A stretch of 64,000 nt of DNA from Candidatus Eiseniibacteriota bacterium (GCA_963725865.1 CAVSAC010000014.1:1088001-1152000), one strand, 5' to 3'; numbered from the stretch's first letter, positions 27,975-38,094 are shown. Numbers and translations are program-made. The notes: generated by a model not told the origin, from the sequence alone.

Positions 27975-29405
27975 TCACCCGGCGCTGGCGTCGCCGCGCT
28001 TCACCGCGCGATACATCCTCAGCGCGCGCTGCTTCTGGGTCGCGTGGTCGACCAGCGGAGCCGGGTAGTGCTCGCCCAGCGCGATCCCGGCGGCCGCCAG
28101 CTCCAGCGGCGGCGCCTGCCACGGGCGCTGGATCCACGCCGCGTCCAGCCGCGCGAGCTCCGGCAACCAGCGGCGCACGTAGGCGCCGTCGGCGTCGAAG
28201 CGCTGCCCCTGCAGTACCGGATTGAAGACGCGGAACCACGGCTGCGCGTCGGTGCCGGTGCCGGCGGACCACTGCCAGCCGCCGTTGTTGCTCGCGAGGT
28301 CGCCGTCCACCAGCTGCGTCATGAAGTGGCGCTCGCCGAGCCGCCAGTCGAGCAGCAGGTCCTTCGTGAGGAACGACGCCGCGATCATGCGCGCGCGGTT
28401 GTGCATCCGCCCGGTGGCGGCCAGTTCGCGCATGCCGGCGTCCACGACCGGGTAACCGGTGCGGCCCGCCCGCCACGCGTCGAGGTGGGCGGGCTCGCCT
28501 TCCCAGCGCAACGCGTCGTACTCGCGACGGAACGCGCCGCGCTCGCAGTGCGGAAAGTGCCACATCACGTGCGCGAAGAAGTCGCGCCAGCGCAGCTCGC
28601 GCACGTAGGCCGCCGCCGCCTCCCGCAGGCGCGCGTCCGCGCGTGCGGCCGCAGTCACGGCCTGCACGAGCGCGCGCACGCCGAGTGTGCCGAAGCGCAG
28701 ATCCGCGGACAGCCCCGACGTGGCGGCGGACGCCAGGCGGTCGCGTCCGGTGGCGTAGTCCGCGAGTCCCTGCCCCAGGAAGCGCGCGAGCCGCGCTCGT
28801 GCGGCCGCGGCGCCTCCCGGCCACGGCGCCTGCGCGGTCGCGAGGCCGAGCCGCGCGAGCGGGGCGAGCGGGCGGCTCGCGAGCGAGTGCGCCGCCAGTC
28901 GCTCGACGGCGGGGCGCGCGGGCTCCGGCGGCACGCGCTCGCACGCGCGCCAGAACGGCGTGAACACCTCGAACGGGGTGCCCGCGCCGGTGCGCACCGC
29001 GCCCGGCGCCACCAGCAGGCGGTCGTGGAACCGCCGCACGCGCACCCCGGCGGCGAGCAGCGCGCGCTCGACGGCGGCATCGCGGGCGACCAGCGCCGGC
29101 TCGTACTCGTCGTTCCAGTACACCGCGTCGACGGCGGCCAGCCGCGCCGCGCGCGTCACCGTCGCGACGGCGTCGCCGTGATCGAGCACCAGGGTCGAAC
29201 CGGCGCGGACGATCGCATCGTGCAGGTCCGCGAGCGACTCCAGCACGAAGCGCACGCGCGTCGCGGACAGGTCGGGCCGCGCGAGCAGCGCGGGCTCGCT
29301 GGCGTAGAACGGCACCACGTCGCCGCCGGCGTCGAGCGCGGCCTGGTGGAGCGCGGTGTTGTCGTCGAGGCGAAGATCCTTGCGGAACCAGAACAGGATG
29401 CGCAT
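27975..29405 (-). CDS. phrB: Deoxyribodipyrimidine photolyase (class I CPD)
   Basis: WFRKDLRLDDNTAL, ELRWRDFF, GRTGYPVVDAGMREL, MHNRARMIAASFL, SNNGGWQW, FDADGAYVRRWLPEL. Confidence 0.95.
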   Translation of the reverse strand: MRILFWFRKDLRLDDNTALHQAALDAGGDVVPFYASEPALLARPDLSATRVRFVLESLADLHDAIVRAGSTLVLDHGDAVATVTRAARLAAVDAVYWNDEYEPALVARDAAVERALLAAGVRVRRFHDRLLVAPGAVRTGAGTPFEVFTPFWRACERVPPEPARPAVERLAAHSLASRPLAPLARLGLATAQAPWPGGAAAARARLARFLGQGLADYATGRDRLASAATSGLSADLRFGTLGVRALVQAVTAAARADARLREAAAAYVRELRWRDFFAHVMWHFPHCERGAFRREYDALRWEGEPAHLDAWRAGRTGYPVVDAGMRELAATGRMHNRARMIAASFLTKDLLLDWRLGERHFMTQLVDGDLASNNGGWQWSAGTGTDAQPWFRVFNPVLQGQRFDADGAYVRRWLPELARLDAAWIQRPWQAPPLELAAAGIALGEHYPAPLVDHATQKQRALRMYRAVKRGDASAG

Positions 29406-29414
29406 GCGTGCCAG

Positions 29415-29978
29415 TCAGATGCCTCCGGCACCCGAACGATCCAGCGCCATCGCCTGCTGCTCCGCGCCCACGAACGTCGCGCCCTCGTGACGCAGCAGCC
29501 ACGCCTTGCGCTCCAATCCGCCCCCGTAGCCCCACAACGTCCCGTCGGCCGCGATCACGCGGTGGCACGGCACGAACAGCGCGACCGGGTTCGCGCCGTT
29601 CGCGGCACCCGCGGCGCGCACCGCGCGCGGGCGCCCGATCCGCGCGGCGAGCTCCGCATAGGTCCACGTGCGGCCAAAGGGGATGCCGCGCAGCGCGCCC
29701 CACACGTCGATCTGGAAGGGCGTGCCGAGCAGCTCGACCGGCTGCTCGTCGAGCGCGGCCAGCTCGCCGGCGAAGTAGCGCACGAGGCGGCTCGCGGCGC
29801 CGGCGGCGTCACGATGCGGGCGCAGCTCGAGCGGTCCGCCCCGGCGCGCGAGCTGCGCCATCAGCCCGCCGTCCGGCTCCGGTCCGGCGCCGAACCCGAG
29901 CCCGACGAGGCGTTCCCCGTGTGCCAGCAGCGTGAGCGGACCGATCGGGGTGTCGGTGACCGTGCGATCGAGGATCAT
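29415..29978 (-). CDS. ogt: Methylated-DNA--protein-cysteine methyltransferase
   Basis: TPIGPL, GTPFQIDVWGAL, AVRAAGAANGANP, PCHRVI. Confidence 0.93.
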   Translation of the reverse strand: MILDRTVTDTPIGPLTLLAHGERLVGLGFGAGPEPDGGLMAQLARRGGPLELRPHRDAAGAASRLVRYFAGELAALDEQPVELLGTPFQIDVWGALRGIPFGRTWTYAELAARIGRPRAVRAAGAANGANPVALFVPCHRVIAADGTLWGYGGGLERKAWLLRHEGATFVGAEQQAMALDRSGAGGI

Positions 29979-31543
29979 GGTGCCTCCCGGGTTGGAGCGT
30001 GGGACGTGCGCGGCCGCCGCGCGCGCCGCGGCTGCGAACGGGGTGTCGCGGCGGACTCGCGCTGCCCGGCGCCGCGCGGCGCCGCGGCCGGTTCCGTCCA
30101 CAGCGCGATGACGGCGTATGCACGCCATGGCCGCCACGGCTCGGCGAGCGCGAGCACCTCCCGCTCGGTGGGCAGCCGCCCGCCGCGCGCGAGCGCCTTG
30201 CGCACGCCGAGGTCGCCGGCCGGGAACGCGTCGGGCTCGCCGAGCGCGCGCATCGCGATGTAGTGCGCGGTCCAATCGCCGATCCCCGGCCGCGCCGTGA
30301 GGCGGGCGATCGCGTCGTCCAGGCCCTGCGACGCGCCCAGCACGAGCGTGCCGTCCGCGACCGCGCGCGCGAATCCGCGCAGCGCGGCCGCCCGGGCGCG
30401 CGTGAGGCCGAGCCGCTCGAGCGGCGCTTCCGCGACCGCGGCGGGCTCCGGGAAACCGTGCGTGAGCGTGCCGTCCGCTGCGTGCGCCGGCGTGCCGCAC
30501 GCGGCGACCAGCCGGCCCGCGAGTGTGCGGGCCGCCGCGACCGACACCTGCTGGCCGAGCAGCGCGCGCACGCCCGCCTCGAACGCGTCGAATGCGCCGG
30601 GCACCCGCACCGTGCGCCGTCCGAGCGCGCGCGCGAGGCGCGGGTCGCGCCGCAGGTGCCGCGCGATCGCCGCGGCATCGGCGTCGAGGTCGAACAGGCG
30701 CGTGACGCGCGCGATCAACCACGGCAACGCGGCGATCGCGGCCGGCGGCACGCGCAACGTCACGCCCGCGTCCGCCGCGACGTGCGCCTCGAGCACCCGC
30801 GGGCCGCGGCTGGCGCCGCGTTCGCCCCCGAGCACGAATGTCCTGCGATACACGTCCCCGCGCACCTCCTCGACGCCGGGAATCGCGCGCGCGGCGAAGA
30901 AGGCCAGCAACGGGCGCGGGTCGAACGGCGGGCGCGCCGGCAGGCGCAGCACGAGCGCGCCGGCCGCGTCGGCGGCCCGCGCGGCTCGCCGCCCTCGCAG
31001 TTCCGCGGGCGCGCGCCGGAACGTCTGCCGGATCGTGTCGTGCAGGCGTCGTGCGCTGCCGAACCCGCTCGCGCACGCGACGTCCTCGAGCGGCAACGCC
31101 GTCTCCTCCAGCAGCCGGCGTGCGAGGTGCGCCTGGCGCGTGCGCGCCACCGCGGACGGCGACGCGCCGACCTGTTCCAGGAACAGCGCGCGCAACCAGC
31201 GCGACGTGACGCCGAGGCGCGCCGCGAGGACCTCGAGCGAGCCGTGCGCGAGCGCGCCCTCGTCGATCAGGCGCAGCGCGCGCGTCACCGTCGCGGACGT
31301 GCCGCGCCACGCGGCGCTGCCGGGCGCGCTGTCGGGCCGGCAGCGCAGGCAGGCACGGAAGCCGGCGGATTCGGCGGCGGCCGGGGAGGCGTAGAAACGG
31401 ACGTGACGCCGCGCCGGCAGCTTCGCCGGGCAGCCGGGCCGACAGTAGATCCCGGTCGAGGTCACGCCCATCACGAAGCGTCCGACGAATCGGCGGTCGC
31501 GGCTCACCCACGCGCGCCAGCAGGTCTCGGCGTCGAGCATCAT
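29975..31543 (-). CDS. alkA: AdaA-AlkA fusion (Ada Zn domain, AraC HTH, 3-methyladenine glycosylase)
   Basis: GVTSTGIYCRPGCPA, GFRACLRCRP, AraC-type HTH, LGQQVS, PGIGDWTAHYIAMR, WRPWRAYA. Confidence 0.92.
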   Translation of the reverse strand: MMLDAETCWRAWVSRDRRFVGRFVMGVTSTGIYCRPGCPAKLPARRHVRFYASPAAAESAGFRACLRCRPDSAPGSAAWRGTSATVTRALRLIDEGALAHGSLEVLAARLGVTSRWLRALFLEQVGASPSAVARTRQAHLARRLLEETALPLEDVACASGFGSARRLHDTIRQTFRRAPAELRGRRAARAADAAGALVLRLPARPPFDPRPLLAFFAARAIPGVEEVRGDVYRRTFVLGGERGASRGPRVLEAHVAADAGVTLRVPPAAIAALPWLIARVTRLFDLDADAAAIARHLRRDPRLARALGRRTVRVPGAFDAFEAGVRALLGQQVSVAAARTLAGRLVAACGTPAHAADGTLTHGFPEPAAVAEAPLERLGLTRARAAALRGFARAVADGTLVLGASQGLDDAIARLTARPGIGDWTAHYIAMRALGEPDAFPAGDLGVRKALARGGRLPTEREVLALAEPWRPWRAYAVIALWTEPAAAPRGAGQRESAATPRSQPRRARRPRTSHAPTREAP

Positions 31544-31768
31544 GGGAAGAGGGATACCACGACCGCGGCCCGCGGGACGGACGATTCCGGAAGTCGAACG
31601 GGAGCCCTCCCGCCGCCGGCTGAGCGCCGCGGGCCGGCGGGAGCGGGGCCGCCCGCGCGGGGGCGATCGCGGTGGCCGCGCCGCCGCCGCTCCGATAGAC
31701 TCGCGAGCCGCTTCGCCTGCATGCGGCGCCGCGATGCGCCCCGATCGACCCACCCGGACCTCACGCTC

Positions 31769-32590
31769 ATGCGCTCGTCGCTCATGTTGTGGATCCTCGC
31801 GATCCTGCTCACGCTGTTCTCGGCCTCGTGGCAACGCCGCACCGGCCCGACTCATCCGCTGTCGGGACACGCGCACGTCGCCGGGCAGGACGTCGCGTGG
31901 ACGTTCGAACGCACGCACAAGGGCGCTGGCGGACAGCGCGTCGAGCTGACCGTGCCGCCCGCGGTCACCGGCACGATGGAGTGGCGGAGGCACGGCGCCG
32001 GCATGGAGTGGGCGCAGATCCCGATGCAGCGCGCGGGCGACCGGCTGGTCGCCGAGCTGCCGTGGCAGCCGCCGGCCGGCGTGCTGAAGTACCGCGTCGT
32101 GCTCGAGGCGAACGGCGAGAGCGTGGCGATCCCGGAGCGTGAGGACGTCACGATCCGCTACACCGGTCCGGTGCCGGCCGGCATCCTCGTGCCGCACATT
32201 CTGCTGATGATCACCGCCATGCTGATGTCCACGCGCGCCGGGCTCGAGTGCTTCGCGCGCCAGCCGCGGCTGCGCGCCTACTCGCGCTGGGCGCTCGGCG
32301 TGCTGTTCGTCGGCGGCATGATCTTCGGACCGCTCGTCCTGAAGCACGCGTTCGGCATCTGGTGGAGTGGGTGGCCGCTGGGTGGGGACATCACCGACAA
32401 CAAGACGCTCATCGCGCTCGTCGGCTGGATCGTCGCGACGCTGGTCGCACATCGCGCGCGGGCCGCGAAGCCGTGGGTGTTCGCCGCGTCCGTGCTGATG
32501 TTCCTCGTGTTCATGATCCCGCACAGCTACCGCGGCACCGGTTTCGAGCCGGCGCCGCCGCCGCCCGGCAGCGGCGTGCTCGTCCGCTGA
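31769..32590 (+). CDS. Hypothetical membrane protein (N-terminal anchor, periplasmic beta domain, about 4 C-terminal TM)
   Basis: MRSSLMLWILAILL..QRRTGPTHP; PHILLM; WSGWPLGGDITDNKTL; IPHS. Confidence 0.75.
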   Translation: MRSSLMLWILAILLTLFSASWQRRTGPTHPLSGHAHVAGQDVAWTFERTHKGAGGQRVELTVPPAVTGTMEWRRHGAGMEWAQIPMQRAGDRLVAELPWQPPAGVLKYRVVLEANGESVAIPEREDVTIRYTGPVPAGILVPHILLMITAMLMSTRAGLECFARQPRLRAYSRWALGVLFVGGMIFGPLVLKHAFGIWWSGWPLGGDITDNKTLIALVGWIVATLVAHRARAAKPWVFAASVLMFLVFMIPHSYRGTGFEPAPPPPGSGVLVR

Positions 32591-32600
32591 CGCGCGCCGA

Positions 32601-34262
32601 CTAGCGTCGCACGCCGCCCGCGAACGGCGGGTGCAGCCGCGCGAGCACCAGCGTGGGCGTGCGCAGCACGATCTCGATCGGGCCGCCCGGCCGCGACGCG
32701 ACCGCGCTCTCGTGCGCCGGGCGGAACGCCGCGTACACGAGCGAATCCGGCGCGAGCCAGTCACCGAGCGGCGCGTCGTACGACCCCACGACGACCAGGT
32801 CGTGACGCGAGTACAGCCGCAGCGACGGCGGGGGCGGCTCGTCCAGCACCAGCGGCGCGCGCGGGTGCGCGGCGGCGTCGAGCGCGGCGGCGATCGAACG
32901 CGCGCTCACGTAGTCCTCCATGGCGGGCAGCACGCGAAGCGTCGTGATCGGCGCCCCGAGCGCGACCGGCAGCGCGAGCAGCGCGGCCGCCAGTCGGCGG
33001 CGGCCGGCGAGCTGGGCGAGGAACGGCAGCCAGCCGGTCGCGAACGTGGTCGCGCCGAGCAGCCGCAGTCCCGGCGCGGCGTCCGCCACGCGCGAAGCGA
33101 CGAGCACGCACAGCAGGCCGGCGACCGAGCCGGCGAGCGCGAGCAGCAGCGTCGCGCGGCCGAGCGCCGCGGCGAGCCGCACGGGCGCCTCCTCGAGGTG
33201 GTCGACGAACCGGCCGCACAGCAGCGCGGCCGCCGGCAGCACCGGCAGCGCCGCGGTCAGCGGCGGGCCCGGGTACAGCGCCATCGGCACGCCCGCGACC
33301 AGCAGGCACGCCACGAAGTAGTGCGCCGCGGCCTCCTCGCGGCGCTCGCGCACCAGCGGGTCGCCCGGCATCGGCGCCGCGCCCGGCGTCGCGAGGCGAT
33401 GTGCCCCGCGCCAGCCGTACGCGGCATGGCGCACCGCCTCCGGAACCAGCGCCGCCCACGGGAACATCCCGACCGCCGCGAACGACAACGCGAGCGGAAT
33501 GCCCGAGTACCACGGCCCCGGCACGCCGGCGCCGTACGGGAAGAATGGCGCGTGCACCGCGAACGCCGAGCCGTGGCGGTCGATCATCGCGCCGTACCAG
33601 GGCAGCGCGAGCCCGAGCATGAGCAGCATGCCGGCGACCGGACGCGCGTTGCGCGAGCCCTCGGGACGGCGCGCGAGCGCGGTGTACAGCGCGAGCGCGC
33701 CGATCGGCCACAGCGCGGGCAGCGGCCCCGCGATCACGAGTGCGGCGGCGAGCGCGCTCCAGGTCACGACCAGCCGCGCATCGCGCCCGCGCGGGTCGCC
33801 GAACAGCGCGTCCGCGAACCCGGCGGCGCCCAGCCAGCCGAGGCCGGTGGCGATCAACTGCGTGCCGTCGGTGCGCGCCGCGTGCGGGAGCGCCAGCATG
33901 GTCGCGAGCGCGGCGCTCGCGCTCCAGCCGGCGCGGGCGCCGAAGTAACGCGCCCCGATCGTGCCGGTGAGCAGCACGAGCGCCAGCGCCAGCGCGGCGC
34001 GGGCGAGGCGGATGCGCAGCGGCGATCCGGGGTCGCCGGTCGTGAACCACGCCGCGAGCGCGTCGGGCACGTACGCGAGCGAGGGTTTCTCGAACAGCGC
34101 CTCGTGACCGAGCAGCGGCGTGATGACCTCGCGCCGCTCGAGCAGCTCGCGTGCGACCACCGCGTCGCGCGCCTCGCGGATGTCCGTGAAACCGGGTTGG
34201 CGCAGGCCCGTGAACAGGACGAGCACGCACGCGACGAGGAGCACCACCGGGGCGAGGCGCAT
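32601..34262 (-). CDS. ArnT/GT83-like (GT-C) membrane glycosyltransferase
   Basis: D.REARDAVVAREL, FEKPSL, LPWY, FPW; many TM segments. Confidence 0.75.
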   Translation of the reverse strand: MRLAPVVLLVACVLVLFTGLRQPGFTDIREARDAVVARELLERREVITPLLGHEALFEKPSLAYVPDALAAWFTTGDPGSPLRIRLARAALALALVLLTGTIGARYFGARAGWSASAALATMLALPHAARTDGTQLIATGLGWLGAAGFADALFGDPRGRDARLVVTWSALAAALVIAGPLPALWPIGALALYTALARRPEGSRNARPVAGMLLMLGLALPWYGAMIDRHGSAFAVHAPFFPYGAGVPGPWYSGIPLALSFAAVGMFPWAALVPEAVRHAAYGWRGAHRLATPGAAPMPGDPLVRERREEAAAHYFVACLLVAGVPMALYPGPPLTAALPVLPAAALLCGRFVDHLEEAPVRLAAALGRATLLLALAGSVAGLLCVLVASRVADAAPGLRLLGATTFATGWLPFLAQLAGRRRLAAALLALPVALGAPITTLRVLPAMEDYVSARSIAAALDAAAHPRAPLVLDEPPPPSLRLYSRHDLVVVGSYDAPLGDWLAPDSLVYAAFRPAHESAVASRPGGPIEIVLRTPTLVLARLHPPFAGGVRR

Positions 34263-34428
34263 GGGAGCGCCAGCCTAGCAGAGGCCGCGATCCCGCACGA
34301 CGCGCCGCCGCGTCGCGCTCCGGCGTCCGCGCGCACGCGGCGCCCCATCACGCCGGCGGCGGCGCGAGCCCGAGACGCGCGACGGGGCGCCGCCCGGGTG
34401 GGCGACGCCCCGTGCGCCCGCGGCGGCG

Positions 34429-37400
34429 CTACGGCAGTCGCACCACGCGCCGCACCAGCTCGGCGGTGCCGGCCGGGCCGGCCAGACGCAGCCGCGCGTA
34501 GTACACCCCGGCCGCGACCGCCGACCCATGGCCGTCGCGCCCGTCCCACGCCGCCGCGTGTGCACCCGCCGGCAACTCGTCGCGCACCAGCGAGCGCACC
34601 AGACGTCCCTGCACGTCGAGGACGTCCAGCCGCACGGCGGCCGGCGCCGGCAGCGCGAACGCCAGCTCGCTCGAACCGCGCGCCGGGTTCGGCCGCGGCA
34701 CTGCGAACTGCACCGAGATCGGCAGGTCGGGATCGCCCGGAAGCACCTGGGTCACTGCGTCGGGTTCGCACGCCAGGCAGCCCTGGCGCTCGGGGTTGTA
34801 TCCCGCCATCGGCCACCAGCTGCGCAGCATCGCGCCGTTGCGGTAGACCGGAGTGCCGAGATCGACCACCACCAGCCGCGGATCGGCCTCGGTCGTGAAC
34901 ACCACCTCGAGCCGTCCGTCGGCATCGACGTCCCCGCTCGCGGGGGACACGGTGCTGCGGCCGTTCAGCTCCTTCGGCCAGCCCGGCACCAGCGCGCCGT
35001 TGTTCTGCCAGGCGTAGCCGAGCCCGCAGCGCGAGCCTGCGATCACCATCCAGTAGTACGGCGGACCCGGCGTCACGTCCATGACCGGCATGCCGCGCAG
35101 GAACCAGCCGTCGCCGGTCGAGTTCGGCCACGAGCCGATCGACGAGCCGTCGGACATCAGCGCGTGCAGGTGCGGCGCCGCCGCGTCCTCGATCGCGAAC
35201 GCCAGCTCCGGTTCGAAGCCCGCCCAGATGTGCGCGAGCGCGACGCTGGTGATCGAGTACGACGTACCGTCGTGCCACGGCCAGCCGGTCTTGTCGGTCC
35301 CGTCGTGGTGGAACACGTACACGTCGCCCTGCAGCGTGGGGCCGGTGATCTCGAGGTTTCCGTCGAGGTCGAGATCCCCGAGCGTCGGCGCGCTGGCGAA
35401 CTGCTTGCCGGCGCTGGTGAGATTGCGGTACCAGCGGGTCGTGCCCGCCGCGCTCTGGACGTTCATGAACCCGCCGAACAGCTCCACCACCTCGTTCGCC
35501 CCGTCGCCGTCCACGTCACCGATCGCGGCCGGCCCCGCCACGGCGGCCACCTTGTAGGACGGCCAGCCGGGCGCCAGCGAACCGTCGAGCAGGCGCACCT
35601 CGAACCGCGTCCCACTCGCGATCACGACCTGGTGCGGCGATCCCGGCAGCAGCGCGCCGAGCGAGACGTACGCCGGCGCGCCGGTCCCCGTGGTGACGGG
35701 CCAGCCCGCGAGCGGCGTGCCGTCGTTGCGCCACGCGTAGACCACACCGGTGGAGTTCCCGGCCACGACCTCGTTGCGACCGTCGCCATTCAGGTCGCCG
35801 ATCGCGATCGGGGAGTCGTGCCCGAATGCGCCGATGTTCCGCGGCCAGCCCGCGAGCAGACTGCCGTCGTGGTTGCGCACCTGCACGTCGCCGTTCGCGT
35901 CACCGAACACGATCTCGGACTGGGGATCACCGTCCAGTTCGCAGATCGCCGGCGGCGAGACCACGCCCGCCGGCAGCGCGAGCGGCATGCCGGCCTCGAG
36001 GTTCGGCCAACCCGGGTCGCGGTGCCACTCGGCGTCGAAGAAGACGGTGTCCGCGCCGCTGCCGGCGAGCTCCCGCGGCCACACCATCCCGATCCGGTCC
36101 CCGTGCGTGGGGTCGTAGTCGAAGTTGCGGCGCATCGCGTTCGCGTATCCGTCGAAGTACGAGCGGTCCGCGAGCGGCTGGAGCGGGGTCCACGCCCAGG
36201 GCGCGTTGTTCGGAGCGCGGGTGACCCCGTAGTCCTCGGAGGAGGACATCCCGGCCCCGATGAATCCTTCGACGCCCGGCAGCGCCTTGAGCGCGAAGAA
36301 GTGGACGCCATTCAGCGAGTCCTGGTAGGCCGCCGGCCACGTGGCGCCCGCGTCGCTCGAGCCCCACACGCCGGCGCCGATCATCAGGCCGTCGGTGCGG
36401 ATCACCTCCCAGCCGATCGCCATCCACATGTTCCCGTAGGCGGCCGCGACCGACGGTGTCTGCTCGTTCCGGCCGTCGTTGTTCGCCGTCAGATAGACGA
36501 TCGGCTGCCAGTCCGCCACGCCACCCGCGGCGCGATTGCTGGCGCGCCGATAGCGCACCGCATCGTCGGCGCTCCCGTCGTCGGTGGAGAACTGGAACAC
36601 GCAGTGCACGAACCCGTTCCAACCGTAGCGCACCTGGGCCAACCCGTAGTCGCGGGTGGCCATCGTCATGTTCGCGATCTTGTAGCCGGGCTCCCAGCCC
36701 GCGCCGAACGTGGCGGAGCGGGTGAACCACACGTCGCCGCCGTCGGCATCCAGGCCGGTGGCCGTCAGGAACAAGGTATAGCTGGCCACGTTGATCGCGT
36801 CCGAGTCGAGGCTCGGATCTCCGAAGTTCACGTCGGCCTGCGCCAACGCGGTCGCCACGGTCCACGCGGGGCTGGCGCCCGTCAGCGGCGACCACGCCAC
36901 GCGGACCTGCCCCACGCTTCCACCGGCGCTGTATCGGTACGCGAGGAAGAGGCGGTCCTGGTCGCCTTCCGCGACGCTCAACGCGGGCTGGTCGTAGCGC
37001 GCGCCCGCCTCGCCGCCGAGCGTGCCCCAAGCCTGCCAGGAGCGACCGGCGTCGGTCGAACGCATCACTCGCAAGTACGACAGCGTCACGCTCTCCATGA
37101 CCCAGACCACCGTGAACAGGGTGCCGTCGGAGGCGAAGGCGAGGGGCTGCCGGGTCTCGGAGTGGAGGTAGGTCTCCGCCGACACGATCACGTCGTCGCC
37201 GCCGATCACGTCGAAGTCGGTCGTGCCCTCGGCGGCCGCGGGCAGGCGGGGCGCGGGTTGCGGCGCGCGCACGGGCGCCAGTGGCGGTGATCCGCCGGAC
37301 GCCAGGCCGGGCGGCTGATCGGGATCCGAGGGGCTCGTCGCCCCGTGAGCCGGGGCCACCAGGATGGAGGTCATCAACCAGACGAGCGCGAGTGCGGCCA

Positions 37401-37470
37401 GGATCAAGAGAACGAGCTCGTGACCCATCGACTTCGGCACGCGCCGGGGCATCGGCGATCCGCGCGACAT
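34429..37470 (-). CDS. Large secreted protein: Asp-box/BNR repeats, FG-GAP/VCBS repeats and a C-terminal FlgD-like Ig domain
   Basis: STDAGRSW/SSDAGATW; repeated GD(L/V)DGDG..E(V/I)V...G....GWP; C-terminal PNP...LDVLDVQGRLVRSL...WDGRD..G..V.AGVYYARL. Confidence 0.85.
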   Translation of the reverse strand: MSRGSPMPRRVPKSMGHELVLLILAALALVWLMTSILVAPAHGATSPSDPDQPPGLASGGSPPLAPVRAPQPAPRLPAAAEGTTDFDVIGGDDVIVSAETYLHSETRQPLAFASDGTLFTVVWVMESVTLSYLRVMRSTDAGRSWQAWGTLGGEAGARYDQPALSVAEGDQDRLFLAYRYSAGGSVGQVRVAWSPLTGASPAWTVATALAQADVNFGDPSLDSDAINVASYTLFLTATGLDADGGDVWFTRSATFGAGWEPGYKIANMTMATRDYGLAQVRYGWNGFVHCVFQFSTDDGSADDAVRYRRASNRAAGGVADWQPIVYLTANNDGRNEQTPSVAAAYGNMWMAIGWEVIRTDGLMIGAGVWGSSDAGATWPAAYQDSLNGVHFFALKALPGVEGFIGAGMSSSEDYGVTRAPNNAPWAWTPLQPLADRSYFDGYANAMRRNFDYDPTHGDRIGMVWPRELAGSGADTVFFDAEWHRDPGWPNLEAGMPLALPAGVVSPPAICELDGDPQSEIVFGDANGDVQVRNHDGSLLAGWPRNIGAFGHDSPIAIGDLNGDGRNEVVAGNSTGVVYAWRNDGTPLAGWPVTTGTGAPAYVSLGALLPGSPHQVVIASGTRFEVRLLDGSLAPGWPSYKVAAVAGPAAIGDVDGDGANEVVELFGGFMNVQSAAGTTRWYRNLTSAGKQFASAPTLGDLDLDGNLEITGPTLQGDVYVFHHDGTDKTGWPWHDGTSYSITSVALAHIWAGFEPELAFAIEDAAAPHLHALMSDGSSIGSWPNSTGDGWFLRGMPVMDVTPGPPYYWMVIAGSRCGLGYAWQNNGALVPGWPKELNGRSTVSPASGDVDADGRLEVVFTTEADPRLVVVDLGTPVYRNGAMLRSWWPMAGYNPERQGCLACEPDAVTQVLPGDPDLPISVQFAVPRPNPARGSSELAFALPAPAAVRLDVLDVQGRLVRSLVRDELPAGAHAAAWDGRDGHGSAVAAGVYYARLRLAGPAGTAELVRRVVRLP

Positions 37471-37708
37471 GGGACACTCCTGCGCTTCCGTCCCGGGGCA
37501 GGGCGGAAGCCGAGGGCGGTCGCGCGCGGACAAGGCAGGGCGCCGGGCGCCGGGCGCGAGCGGGGCGTGGAGGGTCCACGAGTAGTGTGGACGCGTGGAT
37601 CGCGCGTGCCATGCCTCCGCTTGGAGACACGAGTGGCGTGCGCATCCGGGTGGCCGTTGTGGCCGGATACACACGCCGCTGGAGTGACCGCGAGGCGCGG
37701 TGGTGGGA

Positions 37709-37846
37709 TCAGACTGCAGGTGGCGACAGCATGACGAACAGCAGGAACGCCAGTGCCAGCGACAGCAGCAGGACGAGCAGGAGGTCGTGCAGCATCGGCC
37801 GCGATCGCCGACGCTGTCGCTCCTGGGGCGACAGGGACTCGGACAT
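37709..37846 (-). CDS. 45-aa single-TM small protein
   Basis: Below the ORF-track size cutoff. MSESLSPQERQRRRSRPMLHDLLLVLLLSLALAFLLFVMLSPPAV*, with a GGAG RBS and GC-ending Leu codons. Confidence 0.6.
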   Translation of the reverse strand: MSESLSPQERQRRRSRPMLHDLLLVLLLSLALAFLLFVMLSPPAV

Positions 37847-38056
37847 GGCACGTCACTCCGCGCACGCGAGGGGGCACTCGCGGTACGCCGAGAGAACGAC
37901 TCCGGCGGCAGAGCGACTCACTCCCCGGGACGCCGCCGGTGCAGCTTTGCTGCAAGCGGCACTATATAGTGGGGGTGCGCGGAGGCCATGTCTCTTTCGG
38001 GAGCAGGATGCAAAGTCCTCCGGAATCGAACTGCCCATGCGGGCAGCCTGCGCAAC

Positions 38057-38082
38057 CAACCCTTCCAGCCTTCGAGGCGACT
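38057..38082 (+). promoter_or_regulatory. Probable ECF-sigma autoregulatory promoter
   Basis: CAACC-N16-CGACT just upstream of the ECF start, matching the general ECF AAC...CG(A/T)C pattern. Confidence 0.5.
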
Positions 38083-38094
38083 AAACCACGAGTG

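Noticed and set aside
37600..37615. TGGCAC upstream of the FG-GAP gene as a sigma-54 promoter (likewise near 37846 and 58740)
   Set aside because: No GC at the -12 position.
37850..37975. Structured leader as a known riboswitch (e.g. c-di-GMP-I)
   Set aside because: Hairpins are present but I could not match the conserved core motifs; an Rfam/Infernal search is needed.
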